DNA from: Pseudogymnoascus verrucosus
Lineage: Eukaryota
Length of the DNA: 64,000 bases
Reading direction: 5' to 3' (one strand)
Assembly (NCBI GenBank): GCA_001662655.1
Contig: KV460228.1
The position numbers and the translations under genes were made by a program. This document shows positions 49,934 through 60,662 of this stretch, in pieces. The notes beneath the pieces are model-generated. The model worked only from the letters and a program-made list of their open reading frames with translations, was not told where the DNA came from and searched no databases. Within the stretch, counting starts at the first letter, position 1, and each line of letters starts with the position of its first letter.

Positions 49934-51945
49934 TCATAGCTCCTCCTGGACTCTGTGCTTCGCCTTTTCTTTCTCCTCATATGCGCGATCCTTCGCGTAC
50001 GTTCCGGCCTCCTGGGCCCTATTCTTCCCCTTGGTGCCCTCATACTGCGCAGACTGGATTCCATTCTGAACTCCAACCACGATCTGGTTATATGCCCAGT
50101 CAAAGTACTCCTTCGCCTTCGCCAAGAGGGTACCCTGTGGGGTAGTGGTACCGTGGCGGAACCAGTTGGCCTGGTTGCGTGCCCATGCGCGGAGCTCGTT
50201 GGTGTTGCTGCCTTGTGGGACTGGGACGCCGTATGTGTCGAGGTAGGCCTTGAGCTCCGAGTCGGACCAGGTGTCGAAGGTGTTGGACTTGGCGGCATCA
50301 GTGGCGGCGGCGAGGTAAGAGGTTACAGTTGCGAATGATGCGCCAGAGGCAGCAGATGCGGACGAGTAGTAAGCCTGAGCGGCGGCGAGGAGGTCATCAC
50401 GGGTGGCACCGGCCTTGCTGGCTGCCTTCTTCGCCTGCTTGTCGCCGGTGGAGGTCAACCACTTCCTAAGTGACGCATTAGCAACTGATCCTTTCAATTG
50501 AGGCAAATATACTTACTTGAGATTATCAAAGGTCCAGGTGTCGTAAGTCCAGGCGTTATATCCGGAGGCGGCCTTGTGGGAGTGCTTGCGAACAGCCGCA
50601 ACGAGCTCGTCCTTCTTGCCATTCTGAGGAGCTGGAACACCACGGGAGTCCAGGTATGCCTTCAGGCGGGTCTCACTCCATCCAGCAATAGCGGCATCGA
50701 ATGCCTCCTGAGCCTTCAGCTGCGCATCCTCGGTAGCTTTCGCCCACTGGTTGCCGGCCTTCGAGGTAGCAGCGCCGTAGCCCGAAGCAGCGGTCGCAGA
50801 AAGGGTGTCGTCGAGAAGTCTCGCGCGGTGCTTGCGGAGGATGGCCAAGAGTTCGGCGTGCTTGGAGCCTTGTGGGACCTTAACACCGTTCTTGTCGGCC
50901 CATTCCTTGATCTTGCTATCGTCCCAGTTGGCGATGATGGAGTCGCTGATAGAATCGGCGGCCTTCTGGGCTTCTCTCTGGACCTTGGTCATGGAGGACT
51001 GTGCCTTCAGGGTAGCGAGGCGGGAGTTGCGCCGGACAGAGGCAATGAGCTTGTCGCGTGTGGCTGGCTGTGGTGCTGGGATGCCATGGGTATCAAGCCA
51101 TTCCTTAAGATCGGACTCAGACCAGGTCTCGTACAGCCAGTTACCGGGGTAAGAAACGCTGTCACCAGCCTTCTTTGCGACGGTTTCATAGTCATAGCGG
51201 ATTTTCTGGAGGAGATTATCACGCTTGCGTGGCTGGGGGACTGGGATGCCGTGCTTGTCGGCGAAGGCCTTCAATTGAGAATCCGTCCAGCTAATGATAG
51301 TTAGTATGGAAGTTCAAGCTCCATCACAGTGGGTAGCAAACATACCTATCAAAGATCCAGTCCTTGACGCTCGAAAAGGCATCTTCAGCCTTTTCCTCGG
51401 TCTCATACCAATAATTCTTAACGCTATCAACCAGAGATTCTTTGTTGGCGCCCGCCGCATTAGCAGCTTCCTGGCTCCTCTCGTTCAGGTATGCCTTCAG
51501 CTGGGTGGTATCCCAGTCGCTGTATGGCGACACAATCTTCGAATGCCAGTTGTCCTGGACCAACTTCTCGAGATCGGCGCGATCAGCTGGAGTTGGGTGT
51601 GGAATGTCATGGTCTGAGAGCCATCTCTCGAGCTCGGTCTCGTGCCACTTGTTGTAGACTATAGAACCCGTTAGCAATCCGGATCCAGTGCTATATTTGG
51701 GTCGTCATCGCTGATATTGTTGGCGATATGAAATATCGATGACGACACACGAAAATCGACATCGATGCTATCTGATAGCTTGAAGAACGAAGCCTTCGCG
51801 TCTCAGAGCTCAAAGGGTGAAGAGTATATTCCTTTTTGTAACAAAAAAGGTCCTGGTCGAACTTACTAGACTTGCTGAACCAATTACTAGCAACTACACC
51901 TTGGCCCAAGAGGCCCAAGGTCAGAAGCTGTGCAAAGAGCTTCAT
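49934..51945 (-). CDS. ish1: Ish1/Msc1-family nuclear envelope/ER stress protein
   Basis: Signal peptide; repeated W(S/T)xSxLKxWL..HGIPxPQ units; C-terminal QEEL; 4 exons. Confidence 0.88.
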
Positions 51946-52618
51946 GATCTCTATTCTCGGCAACAATATAGCTCGCTCGTCAACCTCTCAATCTTTATCT
52001 CGCGATCAAATATGTCGAAAATTAAGTAAAATCCACGATCAATTATATGGGATTTAGACAGTGGGAAAGAAAAAGTATGAAGGAGTAAAGTCAAAGATGC
52101 CAAACGGTTTTACAGATGATGTATTTGACCTTGCGTGATGTGATACATCCTGTCCTTGTACGTACCTCCAAGTGCAAACAAAGCAGTGACATCATCGGCG
52201 GGGTTGTCAACAAGCTCAGGGTGCCACATTTTGGTCAGGGTTGCTGTGCCACTTGTGGCGCAGAATTGTTAGACTTCACCAATAAAATATGTCCGTTGTC
52301 TAATTGGGAGTTGTTGCAGGTGGTAATTGGCCTTGGGTTTGCAACGTATGGCCTACTTCATGCATGTTTGGCAGAAACTGGGAATTGTGATGATCCAGGC
52401 CTATGTTTCGCCATTGCAGAGGCCAAGTTGTCTGAAGGGCTATGAGCTACGACGATCTCATAAAACCTGTGATGTCATGGTAGAACCCCGACGACGATGG
52501 TACAATGAGCGAGTAGAAACATCACGGCCAATGAGACAGTTATTTTAGAGTCTGACTTCAAGCTTCAAACTATGAATTGTCCGTAGCGATATCACCGCAT
52601 CACTCCAACCACCTCCCA

Positions 52619-54376
52619 TTACTTCTCAACCGGCCTACAAAAGCACGTAAGATGCTTCCCCAAAAACTGCGGAACATAGCACTCCCTATACCTCAAATCC
52701 CTCGTCGTGTTCCCATCCAGCCTCAGATCGAACCTCCTAAACAGCGCCGCAAACCCCAGGAACATCTCACAGTACGCCAAGTTCTGACCGATACACATGC
52801 GCGGCCCCTTCGAGAAGGGGGCCAGCCAGCGCTCTAACACGGCCGAGTCATCCACAAGCCAGCGGTCGGGGTTGAAGTTCTTGGCGTCGTGGAAGAGGAC
52901 TTCGCTCTCGTGCACGAAGGTTCCGGACATACCTACTATGACCTGCGAGTATGTTAGCTATATGGCAACGAGACTCGTAGAAAGGACGCAGGAGGAGCAT
53001 ACCCGGCTTGGGACTTTGATGCCACCAATAGTCGCGCCGCCAAACGGGGTGATGCGCAGTAATGGCGACACAATTCCAGGGCTCATGCGGAGAGACTCCG
53101 TTATCACAGCTGTGAGATATGGTAATTGCTCCAGATCCTCAAACGTAGGCGTTTTGTTCAGATCCGGCCACCCCTCCTGTAGCTCCCCCACCAACCTCTC
53201 TTTGATGCCATTGTTAGATAGTACATGAAATATCCCCACCGTCAGCGCATTCGCCGTGGGGTGACCAGCGGCGAATATCAGCGCCTGTGCTTCCTTGTAG
53301 AAAGTCTCCGGGTCATAAACTTTGCCATTGTTCGCCTTCTTGTCTAGGAGGCGGTGGTATACGGTCTCGTGCGGGCTGTCGTCTAGACTCTTCGGGTTGT
53401 CGATGACTTGATTAACCTGCCTCCCCAGAAGAGCGCGTAAACGCACTAAGCCTGTCGTCGCTGGTGATAGCTGTATTGATATCCAGATCGGGAGGCTCTG
53501 CACGAATTGGCGGAGCACAGGGACGTGCCTGAAGAATATTGTCGTGGGTAGAGAGGCTTCCATGGCTTCAACGGCAGGTGCTTTGAATCCGGGGGCGCCA
53601 AGCGCGTCGATAGATAGGTTGAAGCAGTATTGTAGGATCGTATCCAAAGAGAAGCACCGGAGGCCGTAGAAAAGGTCGGAAGATTTGCCCGCGGCATCGT
53701 TGGCTTCCAGGGCCTCACATAGGCGGTCAATCTGTTGCAAGAACGATATAAGTAGGTATCCAATTTGTCAGGTTCGGTTTGGGGACGTACGTTGTTCTGC
53801 ACGAGGGATTGGAGCTTCGTAACAGCTTGGCGAGAGAACATGGGGAGAAGGACATCTCTCCGCTCCTGCGCCTGCGCATATTTCAGCGAGGCAAAGCATG
53901 AGCGATCCAAACCAAAGCTATGATATTGTTCCGGCTCTTTGTCCCAATGGTTCGCAGAGTTATATATATCGTAGTATGCTTCCGGTCGATCGAAATGGAG
54001 CTGCAATTGTCAGCGCTTCGCCCGTGCCTGGTGTGGTGGGATATTCGTGCCTCGTTTGGTCCCACGCGAACAACAGGTCCTGTGACAGAGTTAGAGATAT
54101 ATCGTCAGCAGCGATTGGCAGGGGAGCTTCACCATAAACCTTGTGCAACTCCCGCAAGTGCATAGTCCACGACCGCTTCTGGTAGAGCTCTATAAAAGTC
54201 TTGTACCACCCCGTCATGGCCGCGAAGTCCGGCCCTGGAAATGCGGACAGCGGCCCTGAATACGCACCCTTGATCGATTTGTAGATGCCATTGAAGAGGA
54301 CATAGGTGAGTATCCCCAGCGTGGGGTAGATGGGGAAGTTGCGCGCGATGAACCAGAGGGTCTCGGGGAGACTCAT
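52619..54376 (-). CDS. Cytochrome P450 (5 exons, one GC-AG intron)
   Basis: GPLSAFPGP, YG|PVVRVGPNE|LHF, K-helix ESLR, PDRW and heme motif FSKGPRMCIG. Confidence 0.93.
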
Positions 54377-55002
54377 GATGGGCCAATGCGCTGTCGCGGG
54401 GAAGCAATGTGATGATGGAAGGAACGCAGGAGAGAAGCAACTTCTCGGAGAAAAGGTAAACTCTACCTACCCTCAGGAGCCGCGCGATAGAACCTTACAT
54501 CCAGAGGGACGGATAGGCGCATACATACTTCCGTGCTTGGATGATTGTACGGTGGTGACAAGCTTAGCTCATTAGAATTTGATGGGGAAAGTGGCCGTGC
54601 TGATGCCCACAGGGGCGCATAGTTTGCGGGGTTCGCGCGGGGGCGTGGACCGACCACAAGATCCTCCAAGAGAGGGAGCTCGGCAACCAGTAAGTGATAT
54701 TTATATTTTATTTGCTAACTGCTGCCTCTGTCCGTTTAAGTGGTCTATAATTTCTTTGATAGCATACCGTTAGTCAAAAATATAATCATTTTATCTGTTG
54801 TTGCTAAACTGATACTTCGTAATTATCTTTATTTAGCTATAGAAATTTACAAAAATGGTTTCTCATTAAAAATGGCCGCCATGATCATGACCTTTTGTCA
54901 ACTCATAAAGTCGGAATTGTGTCATTATAACCATCGCAACATCCACCCCCTAGCCTTTCAGCATTATCTTCCTTAAGGACATCCGCATTGTTCGGAAAAT
55001 CC

Positions 55003-55869
55003 TTAGGCCTCATAGCAATAAACCCGCTGACTGTTTTCGCCGAGAAAATATCCGAGTGTCACTGCTTCCATAATAATGCCAGAAGCCCAAGAATCTATCT
55101 GTTTACAAATATACCCATCATCCCACCCAAAGACCTTGCTCCTTGAATGCATATCATAATCAGGGCTCTGCGACAGCGTAACTCGACGTTTTGTCTCTTC
55201 TAGGATGTGGTCTTGCCAGGATGCCTCGTACCTTCGTTTCAGCGGTGCGCTGTAAATGCCATACAAGCCCGGAAACAACACAATATCCAGCTGGCAGTAG
55301 TGAATCATTTCGGGCTTTATGGGCCGCTCGTTCAAAACTTCGAACCGACCGCCCTTCTCAGGACCAAAGAATCGATAGCCAGTCTCTTTGGCGTGGCGCC
55401 ATTCAGACCTCTCACGAACAGAGAAGGGGCTATCCTTCTCAATGCATTCCACTAGGCCTACCGCAGGCCTCCCACGGGCTGCGGACCGCATAAGCTGAAG
55501 ATCTATGATCCCATCGACAGAGACCTGGAAAAGACTGAACAGGGCATCTGAGTCGTTCCGGATATCAAAGACAACCTTTGGGATGGTTGGAGATTCGAGG
55601 ATGCTTTTTAATGACGTTCCGCTGGCGGTGGTGGTTGAGAAAGCGGCTTCGTTCAGGCTGTGGATATCGATGAGGTAGGTCTTCTTGGTGGGAACGATGT
55701 GGAGCGTGAGGAAGGATATGGAGCCGCCGCGGCCAACTGGGATTCCCTCCAAGTTGATGTACAGAGAGGGAGGCTCAACTGCAAGTCTGCAAATGCTGTC
55801 AAGTAGAGATAGAAGATTCTCCTCTGAGTCTATGACTGTGGTATTGCTTTTAGGCGATTTGCTTGACAT
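55003..55869 (-). CDS. DEDDy-type 3'-5' exonuclease domain protein
   Basis: LYINLEG (Exo I), KVVFDIRNDSDAL (Exo II), IIDLQL and YCQLDI (Exo III). Confidence 0.85.
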   Translation of the reverse strand: MSSKSPKSNTTVIDSEENLLSLLDSICRLAVEPPSLYINLEGIPVGRGGSISFLTLHIVPTKKTYLIDIHSLNEAAFSTTTASGTSLKSILESPTIPKVVFDIRNDSDALFSLFQVSVDGIIDLQLMRSAARGRPAVGLVECIEKDSPFSVRERSEWRHAKETGYRFFGPEKGGRFEVLNERPIKPEMIHYCQLDIVLFPGLYGIYSAPLKRRYEASWQDHILEETKRRVTLSQSPDYDMHSRSKVFGWDDGYICKQIDSWASGIIMEAVTLGYFLGENSQRVYCYEA

Positions 55870-56456
55870 GATTGGCGTTGGATTGTCGTGATATTATCGT
55901 GGTGATAGGAAAGGAATGAAAATAAAAGAGAAGGGTGAGGCGAACGAAGAGGTTGCTTAACAGTACGTGGCGAGGCTGGCGAATGGGAGTAGCAGTGAAT
56001 GATTACACATGCTTATTCCAATAACAAAGCCCTCAAACAGCATGACGAATGGCACTGCTATCCATCAAACTCTATTACAATCAGAAAGCCGTGTAAAAGG
56101 GGGAGAGCTACTTAGCTGCCTTTTCACTCATGAGAAAGCAGAGTTTGCAAATATAAATCAATGTACGACATCCAAAAGAACTTACTGGGTTGTTCATATA
56201 AACAAGAAAAAGATACCAGCATTAGACGCGACGTAAGCATGCTGTCACCGATAGCAAGCAGGCCACAAGGCGGTAAAGACAGCAGGCTTTTGATTCCTCC
56301 ACTTTCTTTAGCTCTATGATAGCAAGATGTTGAATAAGATCCCACCCCCATTCCTTCCTTTTAGCAACGCAGATCCACCATAGATGTCCCATATCCTCCA
56401 AGTTCCAATCAGTAGCAACGCCAGCCTCTCGCCCTCATCAACAGCAGTCATTTCAT

Positions 56457-57232
56457 TTACTCATCCTCGTCGTCAAGGTCGACCGTTTCGACTTCAGCTT
56501 TCTTAGGAGCTGCAGCGCCGTTCGTCTTCTTGGCGGAAACGGCAGGCTCCTCATCTCCAGCCTCCTCCTCCTCTTCTTCGCCCTTGGCAGCCTCATCGTC
56601 TCCCTCGGCTTCCTCCTCCTCCTCCTCCTCCTCCTCCTCATCACCGTTCTCCTCAGTCAAGGCTGCAGTGCCGACGACCTTGCGCTTCTTCACTGGAGGG
56701 GCAACTTCTACTGAACAGTTAGAAGATGACAAATGTATGAGTTGGAGTGTTTGGATGGAATTGCATGATGGAAAGCGGCTAGGGCGAGCGGCCATCGATA
56801 TTGGCGGTCTTGGAAGTATGCTTGGCGGTGCTTATGATGTTTCTTACCTTCGACCTCCTCCTCCACTTCGGAGCCGCTGGCATCCTCATCTTCCTCGGAT
56901 TCTTCGGAATTCCCTCCTGGAGCTTCATCTTCCGAATCTTCGTATCTGTAATGAGTGATTTGTTAGTCAATGTTCTTGGAAGATGCTGATGATGTCACAG
57001 AGCCACGGCGCATTTCACGGCGCAAAGGGCGTGGATAGCTGTCTAAAACGGCCTGTATGATAAAGCCAAGCCGATTTATGAGTTCCCGGCGCCCAATTAA
57101 GGCAGAATGTGATGGGCAGGGTCATAGAAACATATTAAGGATGAAATCGACTCACTCCTCTTCCTCCTCGCTTTCATCCGAAGGAAGCGCAACGAGCTCC
57201 TCGTCTTCAGCCTTTCTCTTACGAGTAGACAT
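56457..57232 (-). CDS. Small, highly acidic, probably nuclear protein (3 exons)
   Basis: MSTRKRKAEDEELVALPSDESEEEE|..EDSEDEAPGGNSEESEEDED..|VAPPVKKRK..DLDDEDE*; canonical introns and basic NLS-like patches. Confidence 0.8.
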
Positions 57233-58140
57233 TCTCTCTCCAATTGCTTCAAAAATGTATCTGGAAATACGAAAAAATGACACGAGATGGCAGGATACTG
57301 CCGGAGAGGTGATTTCGGTGATGGTGTTGATGGGAGAATGTGACAGAAGTGGAAGGGATGTTGGAATCTGGGGGGGATTTTATTCACTCATGGGCTGGAG
57401 CTGACCACCGACGGCCCGCTGGTAAGGTGGTACGCTGGTTTACCCTCCAGAAGCTCGGACCTGCATAGCTCCACTTTGTTGGTCAATGCGCAATGCGAGT
57501 CAACGCTTAGCTGCTTCAAGTTCGCGCTGGAGCGCGATGTAAGATCTTACATGTTGACTGTCGAGACTCGAGTTTCTGAGAGAAATTAAATGCGACGATG
57601 GCATTAGAGACATCGTTATTCGCAGGATCAAGACTTGTCCTGTTGTCATTGTCTCATACCTTGTATGCGAGTAGCTTGAGACAACACAACCCGGCAAGGG
57701 ACATGATCGACCCTCTCGTCCTGTCTTTTCGATACAACGAGAGAGAGCAAATGAGGTCAGGTACAGATCTCAGATGTAAGCTAAGCTATTGGTAAGGCTG
57801 AAGTGCGATGTACAGTAGTATTGGCTAGAACTTGGCTGATCCGTTCCAAATGAAGGCAATTGTCCTTACAGGCTACAACAGACAGCGGTCACAGTATGCA
57901 GGAAGTCATGTAAAGGTGTAAAAGTTTGGTAAAATATGTTCTTTGATTCTATTGACATTTTCGATAATATTTGAATCTTTGGATTGTTAGTGAAGGCCCT
58001 AACAATGGAGAAAAAAAGAGCTTACCATGTGGATGTGACGAGAAAATTTGATCGTTGTGAAATACCTGAAACACGTCGGTGTTAGCTATTTGTGCACATG
58101 GATGCAAAATATATGTTCTTTGAAAAGAATGACAGCAAAA

Positions 58141-58293
58141 GCATCTTTCAGGCTGTGAATTTACGTTAGCGTTGATCGTAAACTCAGGAAAGGTTGCATG
58201 ACATACCTCATTAAATCAGATTTTGTGTTGATGCGTTCAGTGACGGACCGAAGTCCGCCTCAAACAGTGTGAATAAGTATCATCATATGATGC
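58141..58293 (-). ncRNA. snR51: Box C/D snoRNA snR51 orthologue, interrupted by a 54-nt intron (58153-58206)
   Basis: Box C ATGATGA at 58286-58280. Guide TATTCACACTG plus D' TTGA is complementary to 25S CAGUGUGAAUA. UUCG hairpin. Guide CTGATTTAATGAG is complementary to 18S CUCAUUAAAUCAG. Box D CTGA at 58151-58148; terminal stem GCATC/GATGC. Confidence 0.88.
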
Positions 58294-58401
58294 AAGTGCT
58301 CGCCATGTGAAAAGTGAAGAGATCTGTGTATATGTACCTTGGACGAGTCAGCGAGAGTCCAAGTTTCGTTTGTGAAGCCAATTCGTATGAATGGTTTTGT
58401 A

Positions 58402-58526
58402 TCAGCTGACGAGTTCTCAACATGCAATCCATCACTGCTAGCTCCAAAGAGTTTGTACGCTCTTTGTGTTTCGTGAGTTCGCAATGTGGACACAGTCTGT
58501 CCGCCCGTTCGTTCAAAGTTCGTCAT
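58402..58526 (-). ncRNA. snR70: Box C/D snoRNA snR70 orthologue
   Basis: Box C variant ATGACGA; guide ACGGGCGG plus D' CAGA is complementary to 18S CCGCCCGU, and the +5 rule gives the yeast C1639 equivalent; C' GTGATGG; box D CTGA at 58405-58402. Confidence 0.82.
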
Positions 58527-58635
58527 GGAAAACGCAGGGCAAACGGCGAGGAGTAGTAGTAATGTACCTGAGGGAGAACTGTCAGCAAGAAGTCCCAAGA
58601 TATATGTAACAATAAATCCAATAAGTTTTAAGAGA

Positions 58636-58722
58636 GGTCAGACAAGGCTGAAACTGAAGACAGAATCTACATGATATATTCGGAATGAGGAATTCCTATA
58701 GTTGTCACTTGATCATCACACC
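58636..58722 (-). ncRNA. snR41: Box C/D snoRNA snR41 orthologue
   Basis: Box C GTGATGA at 58719-58713. Guide AGTTTCAGCCTTG plus box D CTGA is complementary to 18S CAAGGCUGAAACU (yeast G1126 equivalent). A second guide TAGGAATTCCTC precedes D' CCGA. Confidence 0.87.
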
Positions 58723-59273
58723 GGATGTGCGTTTTGCACTGCATAATAATAATAAAATATCTGAACGAACCTTTTGAATTTTTTTGTGGGGGTGGTGACA
58801 GTGCACAATTGAGCTGTTAAGCGTCTATAAATTGAAGTTAGCCAGCTGCACAGAACAGTAAATGGTAACTATCAATGGGACCAAGTTGAAAGCTCAGAGT
58901 TCTCCGTAGAGTGGTTAATCCCCATTATTGTGTAAGAGTTGGATTGTTCAGTTGATAGGTTCTCATCACAGAAGAACTGATCGCATAGAAGTATGGGAGT
59001 TATCTTACCATTGAGCAGCTGCCACCATGAGCTGTCGATGAACATCATCGAATATTCCGTTGACAACAAAAGCGAAGGAGAATTGAAAGCTCGGAAAAGT
59101 TTATGAAGTCTGCTAGCGCCGTCGGTTAGCGCAAGTCCCTTAGTCGGTACGCTAAGGGCCGCGTCATGTGACGTATCCCGGAAGGTGGCGGAATGTTGAC
59201 TCCCACCCTCCCCGAATTGCTTCTTGTTTGAACAACCTTACGTTTACCTTGGTGAACATAAGGTGTATCAATC

Positions 59274-60662
59274 ATGGCTCCATCCGGTGGAATATGGGCT
59301 CCTATAGCCTTGAATGTTTTAAAGTAAGTAGATCGAAAGACCCCATCATTGCCACTTGCACAGGCTTTCTCATTTGAGTCCCCCACTAACACGCAAGTCA
59401 GGAATGCCATACGGGCTTCACAACTTATCAAGAGGCGCCTCGCAGAGGCAGCCCAACGCACTGCGACTGCTTCGTCTGAGCCAGTCCCAATCCTTGTTCG
59501 AAACACCCCGAGACACCCCATCAGCAAGGCAGCCTGGCTGCGCCAGAGCAAGGGAAGATGGTACACAACACACAGCACGATCAACGCCACCGTCCGGCGC
59601 TTTATGAGCACCGGCTCTGCGAACGGCGTCAAATTCGATCGGTCCTCGTTCCCCAAGTCCGCCATCGGCACGACCATCCTGCGCTCCACCACCCGCGCTC
59701 CGTTCTGCTCGACACTGCGACCAAACCTTACGGGTGGCGCTCTCCCCAGAACTGCCGGCGGATACAGCCTCGGAGGCGGACGAACAGGCGGGGCAAGATA
59801 CTTCTCTCACACTCCCGCCGCACCAGCACAGGTCGTGAACAATGTCTCTGCCGCCGTCCGCGCCTTCTGGCTCTCCGGCCACAAGGCCCAATTCGACGGA
59901 CTCACCGAACGCGGTGACAAGCGCTACCGCACCATTAGCGCCCTCCAGGACGAGACGAGCCGCAAGATGTCATCTGTCACCAAGGCCTCCCCCGGCGCCT
60001 TCGTTGACTTCCGCTTCAACCCCACCGTCACGGCACTCAGCCCACTCGCCGCCGCCCTGCCCACCGCACACTTCGCCGAGGCACCAACCCTGAACACGGA
60101 CGGCTTCCTCGACGTTCTCTCGGTCGACTTCGCACGTGCCCTCAAGGACTTCACAGCCATCATGAACGATCTGAAGCGGCTATCCGCACTCGGAGACCTC
60201 AGCGTGACACTCGAGCCTGGCTCCATCCTGCGCGTCCGCTTCCCCGGCTGCGATGCCGACACCGTAGAGCGCCTCTGCGACGAGATCGGCGTGCGTCGCG
60301 GGATCATTCAGCAGGATCCCGATTTCGACGCCAGTTATGGGGGTCAAGTCGCGCTGCTCTTTCCTTTCGCGAGTACCACCGGTAAGGCACTGTCCAGTCC
60401 TGGAGGGTCTTTGAGGTCGCAGACGGGTCATGAGTTGGAGTATGACCAGCTCAGTGAGTATAAGGAGTTTGACGAGTTTGGCGATAACCCCTGGCTCTCG
60501 TCGCCGGATGGCTATGAGACGATGGAGGAGCTGAGCGAGACGGAGAGTATGTATTTTGGACAGGGGGGTAGTCCGGGTCTGAGTCGGCATGACCAGGATG
60601 CGGGTTATGTGGAGGGTATCTATCGGTTCATTGAGACTTGTGATGGTGCCAGGAGGAATTGA
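59274..60662 (+). CDS. Conserved filamentous-ascomycete hypothetical protein (2 exons)
   Basis: MAPSGGIWAPIALNVLK joined through a GTAAGT..CTAAC..CAG intron (ending 59401) to a 420-codon exon with strong codon bias (RYFSHTPAAPAQVVNNVS, VRFPGCDADTVE). Confidence 0.85.

Larger units (their letters stand above)
57979..58780 (-). ncRNA. Non-coding snoRNA host transcript made of consecutive introns
   Basis: Introns 58568-58770 (GTTCGT..GCTGAC..CAG), 58338-58567 (GTACAT..GCTGAC..AAG) and 58066-58337 (GTACAT..GCTAAC..CAG), plus a likely short intron from 58025 (GTAAGC..ACTAAC). No credible ORF. Confidence 0.8.

Noticed and set aside
50498..51304. 268-aa plus-strand ORF and similar long antisense ORFs over GC-rich genes
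   Set aside because: Antisense shadows of codon-biased genes on the other strand.
58260..58598. 112-aa and 77-aa minus-strand ORFs
   Set aside because: They overlap snoRNAs with rRNA-matching guides and intron signals; no protein features.
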